Both the position numbers and the translations under genes were made by a program. A DNA stretch of 62,939 nucleotides, the filler included, from Perkinsus chesapeaki ATCC PRA-425 (taxonomy: Eukaryota; Protista; Perkinsozoa): assembly GCA_013115145.1 (NCBI GenBank). It is 11 parts of 11 records of this genome, joined end to end, with 100 filler letters (N's around TTAATTAATTAA, not from the genome) between each part and the next. Parts side by side here need not be neighbours in the genome. Positions count along the whole stretch, not along the records: positions 36,327 to 48,925 come from JAAPAO010000806.1; positions 49,026 to 53,184 come from JAAPAO010001307.1; positions 53,285 to 54,432 come from JAAPAO010002152.1; positions 54,533 to 55,744 come from JAAPAO010002099.1; positions 55,845 to 61,156 come from JAAPAO010001172.1; 6 more parts are not named here. One strand, 5' to 3'. Shown here piece by piece: positions 48,274-60,800 of this stretch. Within the stretch, counting starts at the first letter, position 1. Each line of letters opens with the position of its first letter. Under the pieces are notes generated by a model. It was given only the letters and a program-made list of their open reading frames with translations, was not told the DNA's origin and did not search any database.

Positions 48274-50095
48274 ATTCACATCATACTGTTCACATCACTA
48301 TGACCGTATGATTCTTATTGTCATCACTGACTACGATAGTGCTGCTTAAATTATTATAAAATAAGTATAGTGAGTATTAGTCGGAACATTGATGGTGATG
48401 ATGGTTATTAAAGAAGCTTTCAGTAGTTACCACTGCTGCCTCCGCTTTAAACAGTTTATTATCGCTTTATCTCTCCGAAGATAGTTTGATTATCTACTGT
48501 TCGACAGTGGCGGCGGCGGAGTGGGACTATGAATTTTCTCATTAAGCTGGTCGTAGGATAGAAATGGAGATATTATTAATAATCAATTTATGAGTTATAG
48601 CAGCAGTTTGTATCGGATTTATTACGATACGTAGCAGCGCATCGCTACTCCTGTAAGTTGATATGAAATCTCCATTTATAGTAGATCTGTATTGAGTTTA
48701 TAGTCATTGTTCATGGTAAAGACGAAGTCGTAATAAGCATTATTGACGATATGGAAAGACTAGACGATAAAATGTGTCCAGCAGCACCTTATACTTGAGA
48801 GAACGTGAATCAATGACGGAAGAAATCTTGATGAAAGATTCATAAAGAGCTGCACAGAATAGTTGTCCCTTTATTTTAGCCTTATGATATTATTATGGCT
48901 AGACTAAGCTAGTATTACATATCAANNNNNNNNNNNNNNNNNNNNNNNNNNNNNNNNNNNNNNNNNNNNTTAATTAATTAANNNNNNNNNNNNNNNNNNN
49001 NNNNNNNNNNNNNNNNNNNNNNNNNGTTGACTCCAATGATGTTCATATTAAGATTGGCTTCCTTATTGATACTACTGTTACCAGATGCTAAGCGTCTTAG
49101 ATATTTCGCTTTGCTAAAGGCATTTCTTCTCTTGGGTGAACCAAAACAGCAATTTTCGTTTCCAAGTGGTCCATTGGAGGCCACAAAACTATCTCTCCTA
49201 TTTTCCGATACCTTGTGTTGTGTGTAAAGTAGTGTGCGGACCAGAGTACCTCATGTTCATCGTGGCAAGTTCTGCACCAGTCCGATAGTCAGCATTACTA
49301 GAACATTTTGTTTGTTCAAGCGTTCCGGTCTGGTATATTACCAAAGATGTTTCAGTTATACGATAACCTGGGTTACTGTACCCAAACAACGTCATTACAA
49401 GACATAGCTAGTCCAGCTTAACCTATAACTTGTTGGTACGAGTTGAGGGGGAAATCAAGTTGAGTAAACATCCGTAGTTGAGCCGTTGAGAAATGTGCGA
49501 CTGATGGAACAAGAAAGGTCAGAGAATGTCCTGTGTTTGAGTCGGAAAATCATTTCCTGCTAAAACGGGGGGAAACATAGGAAGTAGAATACTACAGGGG
49601 AGCGCACCAGTTATACTGCATAGATATTTCGAGACTGTGCAGGAGATCAATGATCATTACGCAATGACGGGACAGCAATTGCGTCATACCTTGGAGGAAT
49701 GTCATGGGTCTTACGAAGAGACATGTCTAAGCGACTGTACACAAAAACTGTCCCCATCGCCTCTCCGCACCCTGACGATAAGCAAAACCCTTCCTGTGGT
49801 TAAAAACCGCCCACAGTGCGGGACTGCCATGGCCAAGCGGCTCAAGTGATTGCCGAGGGATATTCGAACGACCCGAAAACGAAGCTCCGGGAAGGTCGAC
49901 AGGAACTGTCAGCCGGGTTTGTGCAAATGGGACACCTAGCTCTGTTCCTCTTGTGTTAGCTGCGGAAGGTATCTAGTCCATAGCGGTAGCAAGTATTAGT
50001 ATTATAACAAGTGTCATCATTATGAGCTTTGTATCACTCTCGTCTTCAAGCTTTGGTTCTTTCTCAGTTACTAGTTTACAACTTAACAACTTAAA

Positions 50096-51131
50096 ATGCG
50101 TTTCACTACTGCCACCATTCTTGCTGTTGCCTCCGCGACTATCGCGGCCGCTGAGGATTCTTGCATGACCCTCTGCAGTGATGTTGAGAGTTGCAAGGTT
50201 GCCAAGTACGGCTCCTATTGCAAGTCCTGGAAGAGCCCTGCTGTCTGCTTCGGTCTTGTGAAGAAGACCGATGGTTCTTACTGCTTCCAGCCCACCGATA
50301 AGGACTGTGTCGGCGAGGCCGTGACCTGCTCAACTGTTTCTACTCCTAGCCCAGTTCCTACCACTACCGTTGCTCCTGCTACTACTACCGTTGCTCCTGC
50401 CACCACTACNNNNNNNNNNNNNNNNNNNNNNNNNNNNNNNNNNNNNNNNNNNNNNNNNNNNNNNNNNNNNNNNNNNNNNNNNNNNNNNNNNNNNNNNNNN
50501 NNNNNNNACTGAGGCCGCTGCCACCACTACTGAGGCCGCTGCCACCACTACTGAGGCCGCTGCCACCACTACTGAGGCCGCTGCCACCACTACTGAGGCC
50601 GCTGCCACCACTACTGAGGCCGCCGCCACCACTACTGAGGCCGCTGCCACCACTACCGAGGCCGCCACTACTACGACTGAGGCTCCTGCCACCACTACTA
50701 AGGCCGCTACCACTACCGAAGCCGCCACTACCACTACCGAGGCTGCCACTACAACTACTCAGGCTCCTACTACTACAACCACTACCACTATGGCCCCCAC
50801 CACCACAACTACTACTACCACAACTACTACTACCACCACTACCACTACTGCTGCCGCTTTCGGTGGTCACTTCTGCGGCAACGTGATGGGCCAGAGCTTC
50901 GATATCGATTTCGAGAACGGTCATGCTACCATTGATGTCATGGGAATGATGAAGATGGGTTGCGACTACAAGGTCAACGGTTCCGAGCTCGAGTTCTCCA
51001 ACTACGATGCCACTCTCACCAAGCTCATGAACATGATGCACATTGACGGTGTTCAGGCTACTATCATCGATGCTGATCATGTCCATGTCACCATCGGTGC
51101 TCTTATTAACACTACCGTCAGCAGGTGTTAA
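50096..51131 (+). CDS. Secreted mucin-like protein: signal peptide, Cys-rich domain, T/A/E repeats (N gap 50410-50507), globular C-terminal domain
   Basis: MRFTTATILAVASATIAAA, then CMTLC..CKVAKYGSYCKSWKSPAVCFG..YCFQP. 21-bp repeats encode TEAAATT. The frame after the gap ends NTTVSRC*. Confidence 0.8.
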
Positions 51132-51865
51132 ATGCAGCAGCGTCAAAGTCGTGGCAAAAACACTACTCCTTTAAAGGGTTCAGTTTTCGCTTTTCCTTAC
51201 TAACCTACTCGTTCAGCCAAAGCTGATGATAAGGTGTTATTGCTCTTTGAAATGAGATCTTCTTACTGATGCTAAGTGAGTCTTTTTTCTCGTGCCTTTA
51301 TGCGTATTGTGTTAATTACTATATTATCAATGGAGTGTAGGGATGCTTAGCTTGAAAGGCTCTGTTTACATTATCAGGAATAAGTAGCGCCGCGGTGTAG
51401 AGAGTGTTTCGCAATGACCTCTACTTTTCATGAGTTTCAAAACCAACTTATACGGGATTAAATAGCTCTGCGTATCAGCGTAATGCTATCTACTTTCCAG
51501 TCGAAACTGTAACTAACTTTTTGCTGGAACTGCAATAACTCAGTACCTCAAAGATGTGAAAAACTGTATAACTGTTAGAAAGTTGTACACAATAAACACA
51601 ATAGTAACAAAACAGTGGCAATCAATCAACAATACAATCCTATTCGGCAGTCTTTCATTCAGTGACGTTCTCTCTTTCCATCAGTGTTGCCCGCTATTCT
51701 CTCACTTGTGCCTTCCTTACCAGCATCGTGCTCTACGTCACTGCTGCTCATATCGACTTCCAAATCTAAGATGTCGTCTCGAGTTGCAAAAATTTCCTAA
51801 AACCAAAAACATCCGAGTTCTGATGTCAACTTAAGGTACCCCCGATTCCGTATCCGAATCGATTT

Positions 51866-53184
51866 TCACAGGAGATTTTCGCTCATTAGCAGCGGGTGAT
51901 ATCTGTCAGAGTTGAGAAAATGCAAGAACACGAAAGATTGCAAGATCGCTACCTCATCATCGTTGCTTGATTTCCGTGCCGCACAACTATTTGTGTCGCC
52001 GATATCATCTCCAGAAGTGAGAGGTTCTCCTTCGGAGCTCTCCGATAATCTAAAATGGCAATTCGACAAAGTTAAAACGAACCGAACTTTACCTTGCAGC
52101 AACTTTTTCAACTGCAGATTTCTTGAAGGGCTTCTCCTCTACGGTCCACTGTTTAGCGGTCTTTTCCTCGAGCGTTGATCTCTCAGCGACCCTCCTCACC
52201 ACCGGTTCAGCAGCAACGGGCTCGTCTTTAACTGTCGATTTTTCACGCCTTTCTTCACGGTGCTTCTCCTCCGCGGTCGATCCACCTTCAACCATGACAG
52301 CCGGTTCCTCTTGAGCTCCAGTCACTATCGATTCCTCGTCGACTTTCTGTACCGTCAAATCGCTAGCAGCGGCATCCTTATTCGCCATCGGCTCTTCAAC
52401 TGACATCTTCGAGTCAACAGCGAACTTCCCTATCACGTCCGATGCCTCTGCTGGCGTTTCTATCACGGCCGATGCCTCTGCTGGCGTTTCTATCACGGCC
52501 GATGCCTCTGCTGGCGTTTCTATCACGGCCGATGCCTCTGCTGGCGTTTCTCTATTCGTCGAAGCTTCCGCGGCGTCCACGGCAGTTTTCTCTAATGTCG
52601 CTGATTCCTTTGCAGGGCCCATCACGACTGCTGCTTTTTCAGCAACATTTTCCCCCGCAGATTCACCAACAGGTTTTCCATCCATTATCGATTGTTGACA
52701 AGGCATCTCCACCACTCCTTCCTCAGCAGGGTTCACTGCCAAGACCTCAGGAGTAACATCTTCCACTGTCGACTCACAGGCCATCTCCTCTACCACTGCC
52801 GATTCCTCATCGGACTTATTCAGCACTCCAGACTCAACGGCAGGTTTCTCTTCTGTGGCGAGTTCAGCCGCCGGTTTCTCCCACATTTCCAATTCCGCCG
52901 CGGCCTTTTTCTCCGTGGTGACCTCAACCGCAGCCTTTTCCTCCGTGGTGACCCCAACCGCAGCCTTTTCCTCCGTGGTGACCTCAACCGGAGCCTTTTC
53001 CTCCGTGGTGACCCCAACCGGAGCCTTTTCCTCCGTGGTGACCCCAACCGCAGCCTTTTCCTCCGTGGTGACCTCAACCGGAGCCTTTTCCTCCGTGGTG
53101 ACCTCAACCGGAGCCTTTTCCTCCGTGGTGACCCCAACCGCAGCCTTTTCCTCCGTGGTGACCTCAACCGGAGCCTTTTCCTCC
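51866..53184 (-). CDS. 5'-truncated acidic low-complexity repeat protein
   Basis: One frame is open from the contig edge: 30-bp units EEKA(P/A)V(E/G)VTT at 52910-53184, continuing into ORF 52089-52892, which has 30-bp ETPAEASAVI units at 52428-52553. Short introns follow. Confidence 0.7.
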
Positions 53185-54532
53185 NNNNNNNNNNNNNNNN
53201 NNNNNNNNNNNNNNNNNNNNNNNNNNNNTTAATTAATTAANNNNNNNNNNNNNNNNNNNNNNNNNNNNNNNNNNNNNNNNNNNNATTCCACTTCGAATAG
53301 CCTACTTTTGGCAATGCCGCTGATCTTCTATGATCGTTAGCTTTACATGTAATTAATTGCGACCGCGGTCTGTATGTCTCTTTCAATCTACTACGAACTA
53401 ATTCGAGGCCGGTGGGGTGTAGCGAAGCGTAACCCCCATCCGGCCGACCCCCCTCATGTAATACATTGAACCCTTTCTTCCTTTTTGCTATACACGCCGC
53501 CATGCACTATTAATCATTGATCTTTATCGGTTCGCTGTTGTGTTGATTACTCTTTATTCAATTAGCATTTCTGTTAGTTTATTAATGACCTACAGGTGAA
53601 GTAGCTTCTCAGATCATCAAACACAACTAGAGGAGCTTTTACAACAAGTAGTCAGGTGAGATAGTCTTGTGTGTACCGTTAGACTAATATTGTATAACTG
53701 GTTGTCTTTCAGTTTCGTACCGTTTACATCTACTGAGAAGATGCCTAGTATAATATCTCTTGCTGATGATACTACTACTGATGGATACACATACAAGGTA
53801 AGTGTATTAGGCTTAGTGAGCGGAGCGACATTTTCGGTTTATATACAATACACCAGCTACTTTATATTATTTTCACAACTTAAATCGTACTCATTACTAG
53901 CAGGTGGTAAGCTCTGAATCTCGTGTTTTCCGAATCTCATGTTCTTATCAATACTATCCGCAAGATGTCTGGTATCATACCAGTGGTATGATCGATCCAC
54001 TTGAAACTCAATACATCTACACATCATCTCATCCTAATAAGATACGCGTCTCAAATATCAATCATCTTTAATTCAACTATAAAGTAGTGAAATCGTTTAC
54101 AGTTAGTATAACCCTAGCTCCAATCTCAGTAGTGATACCTTATACAACGCGAATGGCAATATTACAACACTCCAACAATACACATCGTTTAAGTAGTAGC
54201 AGCTCGCGTCCAGGGTTAACTAAGCATCGTGTTCCGAAGATCTCATTTACCATTTCCCGCTATTTGCCGTGTCTCGTTAACATTAATGACATAGTATAGC
54301 TCAATGCGCTTATCAGTTATGTGAATCACTGATATTTGAAACGTGAATCTCTTTCGGTAGCATGTGAAATTATTTAGTTATAGTTGTTGTTGTTGACTTT
54401 ACCCATGTCAATTCTGAGTCCCAATGACAGCANNNNNNNNNNNNNNNNNNNNNNNNNNNNNNNNNNNNNNNNNNNNTTAATTAATTAANNNNNNNNNNNN
54501 NNNNNNNNNNNNNNNNNNNNNNNNNNNNNNNN

Positions 54533-55744
54533 GAACTGTCCAAGGGGGATTCGGAGGCCTTTCTTCCTTCTCTGTTACCACCAAACCAAAATGGGACATT
54601 AGGTCTCAGCATCATGCTGATTTGGAGGCTTTATATAGAGAAGGACGGCCGGAAATAGAGTCATTTGTGACATCGAACTACTCTAGGAATCCTCTGGCAC
54701 AGCCGGGTCTCGATGCAGTCAGGAACCTACCACTACCTACATTTCTCCAGCAAGAAGAAGCGCTAGCGGGAGCAACATTCATCCCTCTTGATGACTCCAT
54801 TAACTTACTCCATGGCATGAAACACAAAGTATCAGTGGTGGTAGATGAACAGCAACAGCAACATGCACAGCAGCAGCAACAGCAACAGCAACCAGCACCT
54901 GTACCAGTAGATGACGAAGACCCTCTTGCTGCAGATGCTGTAAATATCGACCAAGTCGACAATGCCGAAGCTGATCAAAATGTAGCAGGACAGGAGCCAG
55001 ATAATCAAAATCGCCGTAATGTCACATGGCCATTGGCATACGCCAACGCCCAAGTTTGTGATTCATATGGCGCTATGCCCAAAACCATAAACAAGTTTCA
55101 GGGCAAGTTTACTCCTCTCCTGTGGGTCTTCATTCGTCTTTTCACTGTATACCCCATTCTTTGGCATAGCTTCAGTTTAGCTGAACCTATTCATGCTGAT
55201 GATGAGGAAGAGGTTCTTAGTTTGCGCGTTGCGAAAGCATACTTGTCAACTTTCCTTCCGGGCTGTATATCTTCCGATCGTACATTACGCGCCGGCGCAC
55301 ACCGAGCCAATCCTATCAATGTTCAAAATACTTTACGGTCGAGATCCGAGACCATACATGGCTTGATACCTAATCCCCAGGAGGATGCCGCGTGTATGGA
55401 TACATCTGTGATCTTGTGCCGTTTGCTCAAAACGTTTCCCAATGTACATGCTTGTTATGTGCCAAATAGGTCAATCCAAGTAACTCCAGATTTCATCGAA
55501 GCTCGACTCCAAGAGCTTCCTGACCAAGCCGCGCGGGATGATTGTTTAGTACTAGCAGTTTGCACAACAGCTGGAGCAACCGGCAGGGGACGGGGTAATC
55601 GTATATCACAGTACATCGCTACTGACAACTCGTATTGGGAAATCGCGTCCATTATAGACGTAGATGGAAACGCCAACAGCCCTTGGGATAGAGCTGGGGA
55701 TCGTCAACAAAATTTGAACTGGGACGCGAAGTGCATTCTTCGCA
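54533..55744 (+). CDS. Intronless ORF open across the entire contig (over 400 aa), with a polyQ tract; both ends missing
   Basis: The frame of ORF 54622 has no stop from TVQGGFGGLSS at the contig start to the contig end. Confidence 0.7.
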
Positions 55745-56771
55745 NNNNNNNNNNNNNNNNNNNNNNNNNNNNNNNNNNNNNNNNNNNNTTAATTAATTAA
55801 NNNNNNNNNNNNNNNNNNNNNNNNNNNNNNNNNNNNNNNNNNNNACAATAGTAAAACTCTGCACTTAGCCTAGCTCTTGTAAAAGGAGACAGCGGATTGT
55901 GTGCCAACACAATCACACTCAAGTACCATCGGCGGTTACCTTTACGGTTACTATCCCGCCCCAAGGGGCTGGTTCATCTAGTTGCGGCACTATCCCGGCT
56001 GGGTGGAGGGGACGTCCCCCAATGACGATCCGTGGCGGAGTGGGGAGGGTCCCACGTAGCCTTTTGTGTCACACGCGCCGCGAGCATCTATTCAAAAACC
56101 ACAATCCCTAACCCCGTTCTCGTCACCTACCCTACACAATTCCTCAAAATTTCCATTACTACATCCGGTTGCACACACTCAATCGGTAGCGCATGCGCTG
56201 TGCGTTCAACTGAGTGTCTCCCTCAAGGTTTCACCCCGACACCTCTGCTCACCGACCTGTCCTCCATCTTGCAATCTTACAAGCTTCTGCCGCTAGTTTT
56301 CGCTCGCCCCCTAGCGCGACACGAAACGCACGCGATGTGTTGCACGTGTGCCATGCGGCAACTTTCGCTTTCAGCGTCACGCGTAGGCCATTCCGCATAT
56401 GTAGTGTCTCCCGCGCGTTACACGGCGTGTCAGGTTTATTGTCGATCTCTCATTCATGTTAACCATCACTCGCCAACCTCCCACCCGGTGTCCTTTCTCT
56501 ACCGCGTTCATGCTCCCTACGTATACCACATCCTCTACGTATACCACATCCTTCTAATTCGTCTCCTGCGCGTCGACCGTTCCTCATCTACCCCTAACGC
56601 CGGGTTCCTACCTTGTACTCCTCTTGGTCTCAATGGCGCGACGGTGACGCCGCGTCACGGCGTCGTTCGGCAGCATGTCCTGTGTGTAACACAACATGTA
56701 TCGGCTGTGCCCACCGTGGATCATCTATGCACTTCACAGGTATATACATCCAATCGCTTCATGTACACATG

Positions 56772-57407
56772 TTAAGCCTTCCAAGCAAGCAACTGTTGCG
56801 TTACCTCTGTCGCTTTTGCAATAATTGCTGCCGCGTTCACCGGTTGTAGCTTAGCGTCTGCTAGCGTGCCTAATATCTTATCTGGATGTAATCGTAAACA
56901 CCACGGTTTTAGCTCTCGTAGTGAACATTTCTGTCGTAGGTTTAGAGGGTTATTTTTCGGCCCACTAGGCCATGGAATGTCGTCTACGGTTATTTCGCGT
57001 GGTCCCGACTTTAGAAATGTTGACCACCCGTCGTCTTCTTTCCGTGGTTTCTTCTGCCTCCGCCGTTTCTTCACTCTTTGCTTCTTCGTCTGTGGTCTTT
57101 GGCGTTTTGTCCGCGGAGGTTCTGGTTGGCGCGTCGTATTCTCTCGTACGTACAGTTGTAGTATGCGCTGGTCGTCAAGGCTTAACTTGTACTCGTAGCT
57201 GCTCGATATGACTTTAAATTTCTTCCCATGACACACTCCACTTCGCGCTCGTAATTCTCCGATTCGTCCATCTAAGAGGTACTGCCTGATCTCCTTTTCT
57301 CTTTCTGTTAAATCTGCTGCTGCCCTTATTAGAACTGTGAAACACCTAGCATCGTTTGCCTGTATCATGGTCTCTATATCTGGTGCGAAGCTACGCGGAA
57401 ATGACAT
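56772..57407 (-). CDS. 211-aa basic protein with a C-terminal DIPWP...LRLHPDK (J-domain-like HPD) module
   Basis: Complete ATG-to-TAA ORF with a K/R-rich NLS-like stretch. The DIPWP..HPDK pattern recalls NFKBIL1-type and auxilin-like C-terminal modules. Confidence 0.6.
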   Translation of the reverse strand: MSFPRSFAPDIETMIQANDARCFTVLIRAAADLTEREKEIRQYLLDGRIGELRARSGVCHGKKFKVISSSYEYKLSLDDQRILQLYVRENTTRQPEPPRTKRQRPQTKKQRVKKRRRQKKPRKEDDGWSTFLKSGPREITVDDIPWPSGPKNNPLNLRQKCSLRELKPWCLRLHPDKILGTLADAKLQPVNAAAIIAKATEVTQQLLAWKA

Positions 57408-57802
57408 TTACTAAATTCTAAAAGACTGACACGTCGTTGTCCAAGCTCACTTGTTCGTCTGTCTCCTACTGGTTCTCCTTTAATCCACAACTTCTACACT
57501 ACCACCTCTGTGGCGACGTATACTTCTCATTTATGCTACCCTTAGGCTACTATTACCCTACCTACTACCCTACTCGCTTACTAATAGGAGGTAATGTACA
57601 TGAATAATACTGTAATACTTACTATTGGCTCATATGCTACATCTATTGCGACCTACTCCTTCATTCAGGTAACGACTCTACAGGCCTCAGATTCTTACGT
57701 CCCTCTGCTTACTCGCGCCCTCCCCTCCCACCAAGTATGTCCGTAGTTCCTAACTCAACCACGTTTTCTACTTGCACATTCAACAGCAGCATGGTCTTCG
57801 CG

Positions 57803-60800
57803 TCAATCGGCCGTTACATCCTCCGTAAGTGGCTCTCTCACTATCTCTCCGCATTGTACTAGACTCAGGTGCTCACCGTTCTCTGTTCTCCTCTGCACGA
57901 CGCTCCATACGTCCAAGCGTTCCTCGGGGGTCGCGGCACCATATAGTGATTGAGCTGTTGTGATCGACTCTCGTTCGACTCGAAGTCGTGCATAACGTTG
58001 CTCTTGCTTAGATTTAGCGAAGATGTCGAAGCCGATAACGAATGCTAGGACGCCGAACGGACGGAGATGCAGTGCCGTTGCTGCTGAGCCTGCGTGCGAT
58101 CCTCGGTTGTGTTCTCGAAGTCGTCGTTTAAGGTCTTTGGTCTGTCCGATGTATGAAGTACTTGGCCACCTCATCGACACGAGCAGGTAAACTGCGCCTC
58201 CGATCGTTCTTGGAACTCCTATGTCTTTTGGGACCAGTGGGTGGAATCTCACTGATACTCGGTGCTCTGATTCATTGCGTCTTCGTCCGCTTTGCGACAG
58301 CCTATCGAGCACATGTTCCGTCAATAGATCCCACTGTGTGACTCTCTTCAGCAGGTTCCCAATCGCGGTGATATTATCCGTCATATCCCCCACCAGGGTT
58401 ATGTCCTCCAGCTTCCGTACTCTCGAGAAGAGTACATACACTTGACTTTTCAACCACAAGGTGTAATCACTTTCGGACGTCGAGATTCTACTTGCGATTT
58501 TTCTCAGGGTATCTCCCATTGTCTGGTGTATGGTCCCCGATATAAAGGGACGAAGAGGATATTGATACCGCCGTCCGGTTCCATGCCACAGCTCTTCCAC
58601 CGGTGACATTTGTCGTCGTATATTCATGGTCTTCCACCCAGCTTCTTCCAAGCTCGAGTTAGCAGGTAAACTCCGTATACTACTGGGCGCCACCACTACT
58701 GTTAGTAGCTCTTCTGCGTTTTCGCCTGCGGGTAGTCGCACTAGCCTGCAGATCTGGCTGTTGTAAAACCGTTTGTTTGGGTCATTTGCAATAAATCTTA
58801 GTAACCCCCTTTCGAGCAGTACAAGCTCTTCCGTAAAACGACTTCGTTTGTTCAATGCCTCGGTCATCTGCTGCGTAGCATCTTGCCAAACCACTCCGTT
58901 ATCTACCGTGAATTCGTCAACGGCTTTAATACGCCTGTACGCAGTGCCTCCTGCAATTTCAGACTCTATGAACTCTCGTTCCGCTCGTTGCTCGGCAGTT
59001 TTTTTCCCGAAGATTCTCAATACATCGCTCCCGACTTCGCTCCATTCTGTACGAAAAGTACAATTGCTCCTAATCAACTCCTTGCACTCTGTAATCTCCT
59101 CATCGGATGGTGGTAACTTCCGTATTATATGTAAAACTCTTCTCAGGTATGGACAATTCGCAGCTCTTACTTCCCCCTCAAGCATAATTGGTCTGAATAT
59201 CGTCAACATCATGCTACCGGTGAACACCGACGACTTCCGTATGGGCGGTAATTGCAGCGGATCCCCTGTTCCTAAAATGGCCTTCCCGCCGAATGGTGCT
59301 GACGACCCGTGCACGTATTGTAGCACTTTGTCTACAGCGTCTATAAGATCACCCGGTATGGTGCCTATCTCATCGAATACTAGTACATCGATCGCTTCGA
59401 CTACTGCTAGTCCTGTTTCAGTTGATCCCAGTTTGGCGAGCGCCGATTCCGCTGCGCTGCTGCTGTTGGTGAAGCGGATGGGGATCTTGAATAGACTGTG
59501 GATGTGACGCCCACCAAGAGCTGCTGATCGCTCTGCACCGAGGCTGGTAAAGGCTACTTGCAGGCCTCTGCTCATTGCAAAAGCTGCGGCTCCGCATATG
59601 ATGTATGTCTTCCCACTCCCGGCTGGTCCACATAAGATCAATCCTCGTTCGTAACTACTTCTCCCGCCCTCATAATTTTCTATCAGGTTTACGCAGTCTT
59701 CCATCGCTCCACGTTGTGCTTGTAAAGACTCATCACTCTGCCCTACTGCTTGGTGGACCGTCGGCCTCCATTCGTATGGTTCATGTCTAGTGGCCGATAT
59801 AAGCCTCTCGGCTGACGGCAAGGAGCTCGCAGTAGTTGTTAGTGCCTCCGCTACGCGGGCCTGTAATGATTGTTGCGTTCAAGGGTTGGATCTAATGCTT
59901 ACTCTGTAGGTTTGTATTTCTTCTTTGGCCTTCGATGCCACCTTAGCTCGTATGGCGCTCTCGAGGACTAGTGGCGTTGCACAGTACACGATGGTCGAAG
60001 CCGTGAAGAGTTCAAGTACGCATCGTTTAGCGTTGCAAATGTCTCTATCGAAGTTTCGCGAGCCTCCGGGTGTGTATAGTACCTGGTATTCGATTCTATT
60101 GTCTCTCATTCCTTTATTACCTGTTCTAGTATGTACCGTCGCATCATCTTATTTATTTCTCTGTCAGTTACAGCTTGTGCGTTCTTCACCAGGCCCGCTC
60201 GCTCGAAGCTCACCTGTCACAAGTAGGATCGTAGCGCCTGTTGTTATACGGCCCTATTCAACTGTACTACTTTCAGGTCGGCAACGTCGAAGAGGTCAAG
60301 TTCTGTCTCGAACCTCCCCAAGGTCAGCAATAGGTGAACGAGGAATTTATGTCCGTGGTGGGGAAGAGCGCTCGAAAATACGACCACACGCCTTTTGCTC
60401 GAGCTGTCGACCAACCTCCTGTGAAGCTCATCCCTTTGTTGGGCTTCTTCAAGTAAGATAACAACTTCACGTGCTCGCTCGTCTGTATTGGCTTTTTCTT
60501 GGGTATATGCTATCAGTCGATCCAAGTATCTCTTCTGTACTCGGATAATCTTCCCGGTTGCGTCAATCCAACTCGACTCCCGGACATCTTCTTTTATCAT
60601 AGCGTCATACACTGTTGGCCTTTCACGATTATTTACGGGAAAGTCGGTTTTTTTGGCAGGCTTTGACGTGAAAAATTTTGTATATGTTCGCAAGTCATCG
60701 ATATATAGTAGCTCTGGTGGCCTCAGACTGAAGTGGCATATAGGGTCTGGTAGTATATCACTTCTGCTTGCCTCAATGGCCATTACTCGTTGACAATTTG

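Noticed and set aside
52820-53167. Protamine- or SR-like RSPRRKRLRL repeat ORF
   Set aside because: It is an alternative frame of the 30-bp repeat. The EEKAPVEVTT frame is continuous with ORF 52089-52892.
53285-54432. Short ORFs in this small contig
   Set aside because: No recognisable motifs, and a consistent spliced model could not be built.
55845-56771. Candidate 3' terminus of the helicase element (hairpin 56646-56664; CTAG sites near 56295 and 56312)
   Set aside because: No hairpin is followed by CTRR and T at a convincing spacing, so the element end could not be placed.
58773-59507. 244-aa plus-strand ORF, and similar long ORFs at 17748-18368, 37119-37583, 43432-43926 and 50406-51146
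   Set aside because: These are antisense or alternative-frame shadows of recognisable genes, with no motifs of their own.
59879-59881. In-frame TGA suggesting stop readthrough or a recoded TGA in the helicase gene
   Set aside because: It lies inside a 42-nt GTAAGC...TTACAG intron (59861-59902) whose removal restores the frame.
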